A DNA stretch of 64,000 nucleotides, taken from NCBI RefSeq assembly GCF_006345805.1, contig NC_043010.1, positions 57,722,001 to 57,786,000 on the forward strand, in the 5' to 3' direction. The position numbers and the translations under genes were made by a program. Below are positions 1 through 10,637 of this stretch, one piece after another. Position 1 is the first letter of the stretch; each line of letters opens with the position of its first letter. The DNA comes from Octopus sinensis (Eukaryota). The notes below the pieces were generated by a model. That model had not been told where the DNA came from, did no database searches, and was given only the letters and a program-made list of their open reading frames with translations.

Positions 1-69
1 GATGAATTCCTCTATTTACATAATATCGAGGTCTCTTTCTTTCTTTTGTTGTCTTACCATTTTTATCAA

Positions 70-155
<86 letters not shown>

Positions 156-156
<1 letters not shown>

Positions 157-331
157 TGGTAGCCACTACACACATTTTTTTTCTCTCCTTGATTTTTCTG
201 TGTCCCTTTCTGTAGAAGAGCATAGGCACGAAACGTAAAAGAATTTTTCTATTCCTGAGCGTTATACTAATACATCTGTTTGCTTTGTGCACCACCTGTC
301 TTCGTCTTTTGTTTTTTTTCATGAACTCTCC
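156..331 (+). mobile_element. Short non-autonomous Penelope-like repeat carrying a minimal hammerhead-like motif
   Basis: Clearly related copy at 30575-30738 (shared ctttctgt.gaagagc..aggc.c.aaacgtaaaaga and tactaatacatctg blocks); flanked by (AT)n/(GATA)n. Family assignment is inferred from the motif. Confidence 0.55.
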
Positions 332-430
332 CTATATATGTATATATGTATATATGTATATATGTATATATATATGTATATGTATATATGTATATGTATA
401 TGTGTATATATATATATCTATCTATCTATC

Positions 431-469
<39 letters not shown>

Positions 470-568
470 GTATGTATATATGTATGTATATATATATGTA
501 TATATATATGTATATATATGTATATGTATGTATATACATATACGTATATATATATGTATATGTATTAT

Positions 569-599
<31 letters not shown>

Positions 600-614
600 T
601 ATATATATATATAC
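331..614. repeat. Compound (TA)n/(TATG)n microsatellite
   Basis: Read directly; explains the Y/I/M-rich ORFs at 285-659. Confidence 0.95.
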
Positions 615-629
615 ATGATCCATCACAGG

Positions 630-778
630 GTTGAACCCATTTATAGCGTAGTGGACTGAAGCAATGCGAAATGAAGGGTTTTGCTCAAGAACACAACTTG
701 CCACCCAACCTGGGAATTGAATGCATGATCTAGCAATCATCAGTGCAACACTCTAACCACGAGGCCACACACCTTCAC
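630..778 (-). mobile_element. tRNA-derived SINE (family E)
   Basis: Minus strand begins gtgaaggtgtgtggcctcgtggttagagtg (A-box-like) and contains gtgttcttgagcaaaacc; related copies at 22480-22670 (-) and 38593-38845 (+). Confidence 0.7.
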
Positions 779-1294
779 ATAAATGCACGCATGCACACAC
801 ACACACATATTTATAACCCTAGATAGTTGCAAACCAACAGCACCAGACCACTACAAGAACCGTTCAATAGCTCATGGAGGAAACATTAAATCCAAAGACA
901 AAATTTATGGCAATCTAACTCCAGCAACAACAACAACAACAATCACACAGCCACAACAAATATGAAGATTTATTGGTTTCCCTTGGAGAAGACATCATGT
1001 GGCAGGAGATCTGGTGTTACTATGGTAACCTACTAACAGTAAAAGATTGTGTGAAGGAAATTCCTGCCCCCCCCCGCCCCCCCCTGTCCCCCCACCACTT
1101 TAAGTACACTGACCAAATGGTACGAGTCAAATGATGCAAGTTGGAAATAGTGCTTAGTGGAGGTCACTTGGATTGGGAGTGTCAGAGTTTGATTGTTGAC
1201 AGAAAAAAATCTATGTGTCTGCCTGCCTGTCTGCTTGTTTGTCTGTCTACATATCTATCTCTTTTCCTCTCTCTTTCTCTCCATCCATCTACCC

Positions 1295-1355
<61 letters not shown>

Positions 1356-1364
1356 CCTATCTAC

Positions 1365-1399
<35 letters not shown>

Positions 1400-1429
1400 C
1401 CCATCCATCCATCTATCTTTATATGCATA

Positions 1430-1616
1430 TACTGGCACATAAAAAGCACCCACTACACTCTCGGAGTGGTTGGCGTTAGTAAGGGCATCCAGCCGTAGAG
1501 ACATTGCCAAATCAGACTGGGCCTGGTGCAGCCTCCATGGCTTCCCTAACCCCAGTTGAACCGTCCAACCCATGCTAGCATGGAAAGCGGACGCTAAACG
1601 ATGATGATGATGATGA

Positions 1617-1620
<4 letters not shown>
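1430..1620 (+). mobile_element. RTE-LINE 3' end / RTE-tailed SINE copy
   Basis: aaaaagcacccactacactctcggagtggttggcgttagtaagggcatccagc ... aacccatgctagcatggaaagcggacgctaaacg(atg)n; same tail as the RTE remnant at 59520-60434. Confidence 0.8.
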
Positions 1621-1662
<42 letters not shown>

Positions 1663-1757
1663 TATATCAGGCATATGCATATAGATAACTGAAAGTTTAG
1701 ATGTATATAGATGAATGAATATTGGCACAATTACACACATAAGTGTGCATACATATG

Positions 1758-1788
<31 letters not shown>

Positions 1789-2786
1789 TGCCATGTGAAT
1801 AATAAGCATACATAGGAATGCTTAAGCTCAACCACACGCATACACACATTTGCATACACACACACACACATACACAAACATTTGCATACACACACACACA
1901 CACACACCCACATACACACATATATATATTGAAAACAAATTTTTATGTGATGTCCATATAATGAAATTCATATTGTTTTATATTATGTTATATAGAGTCA
2001 ATAATATACATTAACGCTTCCAAAATGTATTCATGTATACATGTGTGTGGGTCTCTCTCTCTCTCCATATATATATATATATACACTCACACACACACAC
2101 ACATACACACACACATATGTATACATGTGTGTATGTGTATACATATACACACATATACATGTGTGTGTATATGTCTATATACACACATATATATACATAT
2201 GTGTGTGTATATGTGTATATATACACACGCATATATATATGAGTGTGTACATGTGTATATATACACGCACATATATATAATAGATGAAATGTATGTATTT
2301 TTATATATGCATGAAACATTCAAAGTTTTGTAACTGTGTATAACATTATACATAATCATTTACATATATTAGAGATAACAAAGAGAAACTTAATGTATCT
2401 GACTCACTCTAAACTGAGCATGCCTCTGTATTTAAGATTACGGTGGTGGCACTTGTAGTGGTGGTGGTGTTGGTGGTGGCAGTGGCACTGGTAATGGTGG
2501 TGAAGCAGGTGATAAAAATTACTCCCATGCCAATGATAATGTTGGTATTCCTATAAAATTCTTCTGTTATATTTCCTGATATTCTCTGTCAAATATTTCC
2601 TTCCCAAACCCTATATAATCCCATCGTTGTTTAAAGGTAATGGGCCAATCTTCAGACCACTGTATTGCCTATAGTGGGGGTAACAAGGGACTGTCTGTGT
2701 AACTTGGACTGAACAAATACCACAAAGTAATCTTGTCTACTCACACCAATCTATCGGTATTCACACTGCTGTATATATATATCTAT

Positions 2787-2819
<33 letters not shown>

Positions 2820-2825
<6 letters not shown>

Positions 2826-3029
2826 TAATCCAAACAAGAAAACACAAAAAAACACAACAACGTGAGGACGTGGAACAAATATAGTATTATTGGACGCTCA
2901 GGAAAGAAGGGAAGAAGGAGGGTTTAACGTTTCGAGCGGAGCTCTTCATAAGAAACATAGGAGAAGGAAAGATCCAGAGAAGGGAAGACAGAGGAAAACA
3001 AATCGCCAACGGTACACACGAGGTCACAT
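2820..3029 (-). mobile_element. Short Penelope-like repeat with a minimal hammerhead-like motif
   Basis: Minus strand gtttCTTATGAagagctccgctcGAAACGTTaaac at 2956-2922. Confidence 0.55.
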
Positions 3030-3225
3030 CATATATATATATATTTCACAAAGAAATGCCTTTCCATATCATTATGTGCATACACACATCTACATACATG
3101 CATACATACACACATACACACTTACATGCATTCATGCATATACACACACATATATATACATACATACATACACAAAGTAAAAAAGCCAAATGGAAGAGTA
3201 AGAATGGTTAGGCAGCTTTTTAATA

Positions 3226-3347
3226 ATCACTACAAATATTTCGATACATATGGATCCATGTATATACAGCATTTAAAGTTAAATTTAAATTAAATTATAA
3301 AACGATTTACCTGTATAAGAAGGTCCATATGTATCTCCTCAGGTGAT
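3226..3347 (-). ncRNA. Type I hammerhead ribozyme candidate with long stem II
   Basis: Minus strand: stem I atcac/gtgat, core CTGAGGA, 12 bp stem II gatacatatgga/tccatatgtatc, GAAA, short stem III closing with GT, cleavage triplet GTA. Confidence 0.7.
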
Positions 3348-3682
3348 ACTTAATTGCTGTCTCCATAAGTAAATCTAGATTTCCATGCTACAACATCCAT
3401 GGCGCCTTTGAAACTAAAACTTTTTACTTTTTATTTTCACACATGAGGAATACCTTAGACTAGAATTGGTAGCACACCATAATAACACTACCCCCTATTT
3501 GGGAATTCTACAGGTGAATGAGCTCTATTTGTACTCCAACACATTCTTAACAGAACACATCTCAACTACATACATACACATGTATATTCATACACATATA
3601 CACACATGCAAATGTATATACATATGCACCTATATATTATATATATATATATTATATATATATATTATATATATATATATAT

Positions 3683-3727
<45 letters not shown>

Positions 3728-3900
3728 AGCATACATATACCTCTTCAAGAAACATCTCCTAATGACCTGTCACATGAATCTGCATTTCAAAGTCTTGTAC
3801 GTCTCAGCAAAGACTTGCAAAAGAAGCAGTCCATAAGCCCTAAAAACGTTTTACATAAGGGTTTCCCAAAAAACCTTTTAGGAGGATGGTACAAAATTCA

Positions 3901-4250
3901 GTGGAAGGGGTCAGTCAATTACATTTACCCCAGCACTCAACTGGTAATTATTTCATTAACCCTGGAAGGATGAAAGGCAAAGTCAACCTCAGCAGAATTT
4001 GAACTCAGAACATAAAGATGGATGAACCACAGCTAAGCATTTTGTCCAGCAGGATAACAGTTCTGCCAGTTCACTGCCTTGAGGAGGATAATAATTTTGG
4101 CACAAAGTCAGCAATTAGGCGGGTAAGGTGATAATATTGACCCCCAATTCTCAACTGGGACATATTTTAATGACTCTGAAAGGATAAAAGAAGTCACCCT
4201 TGGCAGAATTTAAGCTCAGAGCATAAAGACAGAAGAAATGCTGCTAAGCA
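3901..4250 (-). mobile_element. Two adjacent decayed tRNA-SINE copies (family A)
   Basis: ggatgaaaggcaaagtcaacctcagcagaatttgaactcagaac and a second, more decayed copy at ~4105-4250; match 27040-27268. Confidence 0.75.
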
Positions 4251-4252
4251 TC

Positions 4253-4351
4253 CAGCAACAGGACCTCCGTAATGCTATGATGGACCGTGAAGTCTGGCGT
4301 AGCATAGAAAATTCCATTGTCTCGACCACGGTCGAACAATGATGATGATGA
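4253..4351 (+). pseudogene. RTE-type LINE extreme C-terminus with (GAT)n tail
   Basis: Translates QQQDLRNAMMDREVWRSIENSIVSTTVEQ*, resembling the RTE ORF2 end (DR..WR), followed by tgatgatgatga. Confidence 0.55.
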
Positions 4352-4964
4352 CCAGTCAGACATATGTCCCTCCTGTTGGGGCTGAGTAAAAACCAATTAC
4401 AAAAACGTCTGTCCTCTCTGCCCCACCCTATAGCTGTAAAACTGACTCAGAAAGAACATCCGACCATGACAGAATAAAAAAATAGATACAAAGCAAATGA
4501 TGATGATGATGATGATGGTGGCAGCAATGAGCAGAGTAATGATGAGGATGATGGTGATGATGGAGATACCACTGAAGATGATGATGACAACAACAGCTAC
4601 AGCATCAATGATGATGATGCCATATGTATATACAGAATAGGTGTCACCAATAGGTGTCTTGCAGAGCAAACTTTGATTTAAAAATGTTCGTTGTGTTAAT
4701 AGTATGGAAAGAAGACACATGACAATGACACCACTCCTTTGGATTGAACCCAGCACTATAGTCAAGCTTATACCCATGTCTGGAAGTACTTTGATAATAA
4801 ACACACATACTCAGAGTTAGCAACATCCTACCCTACACTCCAACACACACATACGCATTCACTTCTAATCAAATATGTATTGTTGTCATGTTGAAAGAGG
4901 TGCACAATTGCATTAATGTAATGCATACATGTGTGTGTGTGTATATATACATATATGTATATAT

Positions 4965-5038
<74 letters not shown>

Positions 5039-5292
5039 TATATATGTATGTATATATAATACAGCTGTTTAATTCAGTAAAGAATGTACATAGACATATG
5101 TGTATTTGTGATGCGCAATATATGATGAGGTCTCAGAAAGACTTTTGCATATATAAAATGTGCTCGTATACCTAAGTGTGTGTATGTATAATAATATATG
5201 CATTAATATATATATGTGTGTGTGTGTATAGGTATTATGATTTTATTTACAAATGTGCAAATATTAAAAAGTGTATCTATCTATATATCTAT

Positions 5293-5329
<37 letters not shown>

Positions 5330-5665
5330 TATATATCTATAAATATGCATACCTATACATACGTGTATGTATATGGATGGGTATCTATATATATAGGCAT
5401 ATGAATACACACACACTATTTAATCGGGGCACATTTGTAAATTATAAGCGTAAAAAATATAAATCTGAGATATTACTTTAAGTTATATTTACACACAAAA
5501 AACACTAGCATATGGATATATATATATATTTCTCTCTCTCATCTTTTCCCCCTTTCTGTTCCTCCATATGTATACATATATACAGGTATGTATATACACA
5601 CATATATTAATGCACTTATGTGTAACTTGCATAAAAGATTTTGTATATATGATGCAAATGTATAT

Positions 5666-5709
<44 letters not shown>

Positions 5710-6207
5710 TATGCACTTATATATTTATATATGTATATATGTATGTATATATATGTGTGTATATATAATGCTGTGTATCAGTACACTGATGTTGGAAAGC
5801 GATTTGATTGACAGCTCAATAGAGACAGGGAATAAAAAAGAGGCGGAAGACGATGACGATGATGACTATGATGAAGATAATGATGATTATGATGATAACG
5901 ACATTGGTACTGTTGTTGTTGATGATGATGATGATGATGTTGAACAAGACAATGATAGCATGTAACTTGAAACACTAAGTGAAAGACTTATTACAGTGAA
6001 GAATGTACGCCTATATGTGTGTGTGTGTGGAGGGATAACGTTATATACACACTTATACACATACATGTGCATGGATGTGTTTATACTCTTATATATACAT
6101 GTATATACATACACACACATGCGCATATATTTGTTTATGGAACTTGTATACTTTTGCAATTTGCACAACTTAAAGAATTTAAACATATAAGTCTACTAAC
6201 TATATAT

Positions 6208-6284
<77 letters not shown>

Positions 6285-6407
6285 TATGCCATATAGTTAA
6301 ATATACATGTATGTACTTATCTTTCTGTATATTCATATATGTATATACATATATACATAAATATATGTATATATGAATACATACAGATGTGTATATGTGT
6401 GTACATG

Positions 6408-6457
<50 letters not shown>

Positions 6458-6458
6458 C

Positions 6459-6612
6459 ATGTCTCTGTTTGGCAAGAAGCTTGCTTCCCAACCACATAGT
6501 TCCAGGTTCAGTTCCACTGCGTGGCACCTTGAGGAAACATCTACTATAGTCTTCAGCTGATCAAAGCCTTGTGAGTGGATTTAGTAGAGAGAAACTGAAA
6601 GAAGTTCGTTGT
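6459..6612 (+). mobile_element. tRNA-SINE family B (CORE-like ggcaccttg(g/a)g segment)
   Basis: ggttcagttccactgcgtggcaccttgagg ... aaagccttgtgagtggattt ... gaaactgaaagaag; related copies at ~10410-10556 (-), 31725-31875, 40900-41000, 54720-54885. Confidence 0.75.
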
Positions 6613-6629
6613 ATATATATATATATCGT

Positions 6630-6890
6630 TATCATCATCATCATTGTTTGACATCCACTTTCCATGCTGGCATATGTTGGATGGTTTTACTGAGGACTGG
6701 CAAGCCAGGAGGCTGCACCAGGCTCCAGTCTGATCTGGCAGTGTTTCTACAGCTGGATGCCCTTCCTAATACCAATAACTCTGAGAGTGTAGTGGATGCT
6801 TTTCATGTGCCACTGGCACAGGGGGGACAGTCATCCAGTACTAGCATTGACCACGCTGAAATGAGGCTTTTTACATACCACCAGCACGGG
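6630..6890 (-). mobile_element. RTE-tailed repeat copy
   Basis: catcatcatcattgtttgacatccactttccatgctggc ... ctggatgcccttcctaataccaataactctgagagtgtagtgg. Confidence 0.75.
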
Positions 6891-6934
6891 AGACAGTCAG
6901 GCAGCAATATATATGTACATATATTTGTGTGTGG

Positions 6935-7125
6935 GCTTGTCTTCCCCACCATCATTTGACAACCGATTTTGGTGTGGTTGCATCCCTGTAACTTAGTGGT
7001 TCGGTAAAATGGCACGATAAAATAAGTATTAGTTTTACAAAGAATAAGTCCTGGAGTCAATTTGTTTGATTAAAAGCAGTGCTCCAGCATGGCCACAGTC
7101 AAATGATTGAAACGAATAAAAGAAT
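6935..7125 (+). mobile_element. SINE 3' module (family C)
   Basis: ttttacaaagaataagtcctggagtcaatttg ... gtgctccagcatggccacagtcaaatgattgaaac; recurs at 54915-55125, 47850-47990 and 41440-41580. Confidence 0.7.
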
Positions 7126-7214
7126 ATATTTATGCACACACACACACAGTGGGGGTGAGACAAACACACAGTGGGGGTGAGACAAACACACAGGCATAGG
7201 ATGAATTGGATCAG

Positions 7215-8024
7215 ATGAAATGCTTAAATAGCCTTGACTATTAATCCTGCCATGAAGGGAAACCATTGGGCTGGTGGATTTCCAAGATATAGCCCCCACC
7301 CCCAGATCATCACAGATCCTCCTCTGTGTTTAACAGTTTGAAGAAGGCAGTCTAGGTAAAATGCTTCTTCTGGCTGTCTCCACATGTATACTCGGCCAGT
7401 AGTTAGAAATAAGGTAAAGGATAACTCATCAGAGAAAATAACATTCCTCCACTTCTCTAGGGACCAATTCTGTAGGTTTTTACTCCACTCTAAATGCTTT
7501 CCAATGTTTGTTTCTGAAAGTAGTGGTTTTCTGATTGCAGCCCTCTCATGAAATCTGGCTTTGTGCAGCTCCCAGCAAACAGTTTTTGTGGAAACTGGGT
7601 TCTCAAGGTGGTCATTAAGCTCTGCAGTAATTTTGGGAGCTGTGCTTTTGTTATCCTTTCTAAAAATTTGTGTAAGAGTCTGACAGTCCCTATCTGAATG
7701 TTTTGGTTTTCTTCTGGAGTTTTGTTTTGACAAGGAGGTTTTTCCCTCTTCCTCAAAGGCTGTCATTACTTTCGAGACAGTACTTCTTAATACACCAAAC
7801 ATTTCGGATGTTTTTGTTATGCCAGCGCCTGCCACACGAGCACCAACAATTTGATGTCTTTGAAACCCTTTTTTGATGATATCTGAAAAAAAAAACAATT
7901 TTAGCAAAACCTATTAAGCAACACTAATAATAAACCAAAGAAACAAGCTTTTGAAGGTTTTATAGATATTTCAAAATTATGATGCTATGATGCTAAGTAT
8001 TTCCCTTGTTTTGTCCAACCCCTG
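7215..8024 (-). mobile_element. Tc1-family DNA transposon, 3'-truncated
   Basis: ORF 7224-7907 has Tc1 motifs: paired-like HTH, RKPLLS, W..VIFSDE (first catalytic D), TVKHRGGSVMIWG. The later D and E are missing. Terminus cagggg ttggacaaaa at 8024 abuts TA. Confidence 0.9.
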
Positions 8025-8787
8025 TATATATGTAAAAACATATATACACACACATATAGATATAAATATGCATACATACATATATTTAGTCATCATTTTT
8101 AATATTAGTATTGCTATTATTATATATCACAATCATCATGATCATGATGTGATCATCATCATCAGCATCATTATTATTATGATTACTATTATTAATGGTA
8201 GCAGTAGTAGTAGCAGCAGCAGTAGTAGTATTAGTTAGAATAATAGTAGTGGTGTCATTATTATTATTATTTTCTCCTTATCATTGCTGTTGTTGCTTTT
8301 ACTATCATCCTTCCTTTTCTCTTTGTTATTTTATTTTATCACTAGATATTCATGGGGCAACACCAAAATCAATTCTCCCTTGTCCATTGCGATTGGGGGA
8401 CCACTTGTTATTGTCTCCTTCACATTTCTTATCTTACTTTCCTTTTTCCTTCCAACTTGCTTTCTTGTTTTTCTTCTTCTTCAGATTAACTTTCATCTAA
8501 TTCTTATTCTTTTTCTCCTCCTTTCTCCATCTTTCTTCTTTCCATCTACTTCTTTTTCTCATTCTTTTTTTTCTTCTTCTCCTCCTTCTTCTACTGTTTC
8601 TTCATCCACAGCTGATACTTTTTATCAACTTCTTTAATTCTCTGTCCATCTTTTCAGTCTATTTACACTTTCGCTTGCTTTCTCTTTCCTCTTCATACGA
8701 GCAAAACACAGAGTCTGCTGCGCAATTCAAGAGCAAACCTTTAATGCAAGTCTCAAGAAATGTCACTCGAATGCTTAAAAATGCAAA

Positions 8788-8975
8788 TCTATATATATAA
8801 AACTGTAGTTGTGTGAGTGTCTGTCCCCTTCGATTTAGATTCCTAACTACTCCCACATTTTGCGATGCAGTTTAACCAAATTTGGGTATCTTATAGTCGT
8901 GATTCATATCGAGCCCGTCTGGGTATTAGCGCGCGTCTACGATGAGTCTACGATTTTAAACATCATTTTTAACAT
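8788..8975 (+). mobile_element. Non-autonomous Helitron, 5' fragment
   Basis: Starts a|TCtatatatataaaactg; nearly identical to the 5' half of 62985-63392 (cgatttagattcctaactactcccacattttgcg ... gatgagtctacgatt). Confidence 0.7.
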
Positions 8976-9078
8976 CATATATATATATATCAATAATTGA
9001 GGGTAAAATTAATTAATTAATCAATTTCACCAAGTGTTCAGTATGTAAAAGGACCATTTAAGGCGAATTCAAAATATT

Positions 9079-9701
9079 ACATTATATAATTAGGGCTTAG
9101 TAAAATAAATTACTTTGCCACATACTGAACTTAGTAGAAATAGCAGCCAAAAAAAATTTTTTTAGCATTTCTACTACTTAAAGAAAATTTCTCTTAGATA
9201 ATGTTTACTCCAGACAGCTCACGAAGGTTTGGAGGTAAATACAGAAAAATATCACAAGTACATAGATCGTTTGAGTACATAGATCGTTTGCTAGATAGAC
9301 CACGTGGGTGGAAGGGGATTGCAGAGATTTACGCCTGCGCATTTTGAATTTGTTGACACTGTTAGTTGGAGTGGTTCATCTGAAGCGACAAGTTCATTGA
9401 TAGGTAAAGTTCCTTCTTTTTAGTGTTTCCAAATCCAAATTAAGAAATTTTGAGCTGACGAAAGAAATGCTGATTTTATTTGGCTAATCTTGAAACGTTG
9501 ACGTACTCAAACGATCTATGTACTTGTGATATTTTTCTGTATTTACCTCCAAACCTTCGTGAGCTGTCTGGAGTAAACATTATCTGAGAGAAATTTTCTT
9601 TAAGTAGTAGAAATGCTAAAAAAATTTTTTTGGCTGCTATTTCTACTAAGTTCAGTATGTGGCAAAGTAATTTATTTTACTAAGCCCTAATTATATAATG
9701 T
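9079..9701. repeat. ~200 bp inverted repeat (9079-9278 / 9503-9701) with a 224 bp spacer; Penelope-like fold-back
   Basis: Arms aligned by eye: one substitution (ctctt/ctctc) and one 1-nt indel in an A run. Confidence 0.95.
9449..9511 (+). ncRNA. Complete type I minimal hammerhead ribozyme candidate
   Basis: Stem I tttgag(9449-54)/ctcaaa(9506-11); CTGACGA 9455-61; stem II aaga/tctt; GAAA 9492-95; stem III ACG-ttga-CGT; GTA triplet, predicted cleavage after 9505. Confidence 0.8.
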
Positions 9702-9718
9702 TATATATATATATATAT

Positions 9719-9850
9719 ATTTATTTTATAGAAGGAGCTTCTACAGGACTAGAACTGTTTCATTCAAATGAAATCATCAGGAAGCTTCCTGATGATTTCA
9801 TTTGAATGAAACAGTTCTAGTCCTGTAGAAGCTCCTTCTATAAAATAAAT
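9719..9850. repeat. 132 bp perfect palindrome with no spacer
   Basis: Centre aag|ctt between 9784 and 9785; arms checked base by base. Confidence 0.95.
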
Positions 9851-9915
9851 TAATTTACTCTGCTATGTATTGAGTACCTTATTTACTGTGGTTAACCCCG
9901 ACTCAACCCGGGACC

Positions 9916-10022
<107 letters not shown>

Positions 10023-10568
10023 TATAATATGTATGTATGTATGTATGAATGTATGTATGTATATCACAGTATCAACCTGACCTCAGATACTGTTATACAC
10101 CACTGGTCACAATGAACTTCCAATTCTGTCTTGATTGCACCATTTTTTTCCATCTTGAACCAAACTGCTTGACTGAATCGTCTTCCCATTGTCGTGGAAT
10201 TTTCTACTCTCTTGGATGCCCCACTCAGTAACCGCACCGTTCCACCTGTTTCCTGTGAATCTTGTGGCATGCCTGGCCCAGTGAATCTTGTGCTTCTAGT
10301 ATTCTGCAGTTACATCATTCACTCCACTCTGTTCTCGAATGAATTTATTTTGAATGTATTCTCAAAACAATATTCCTAGCATGGTTTTATATATATACAC
10401 ACACACACATATGGAATGAGCTTCTTTCAGTTTCCATTTATGAAATACACTCAAAACTTTGCTTAGCCTTGGGCTATAGTGGAAGGCACATGCCCAAGGC
10501 ACCATGTAATGGAACTGAACTTCTGAACCACACAGCTGTGCCTGCACTTATTACTCGTATGCACACAT

Positions 10569-10637
<69 letters not shown>

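Noticed and set aside
7142-7193. 22 bp tandem duplication near the Tc1 truncation point
   Set aside because: Real, but a simple local slippage duplication seeded by (CA)n, with no further structure.
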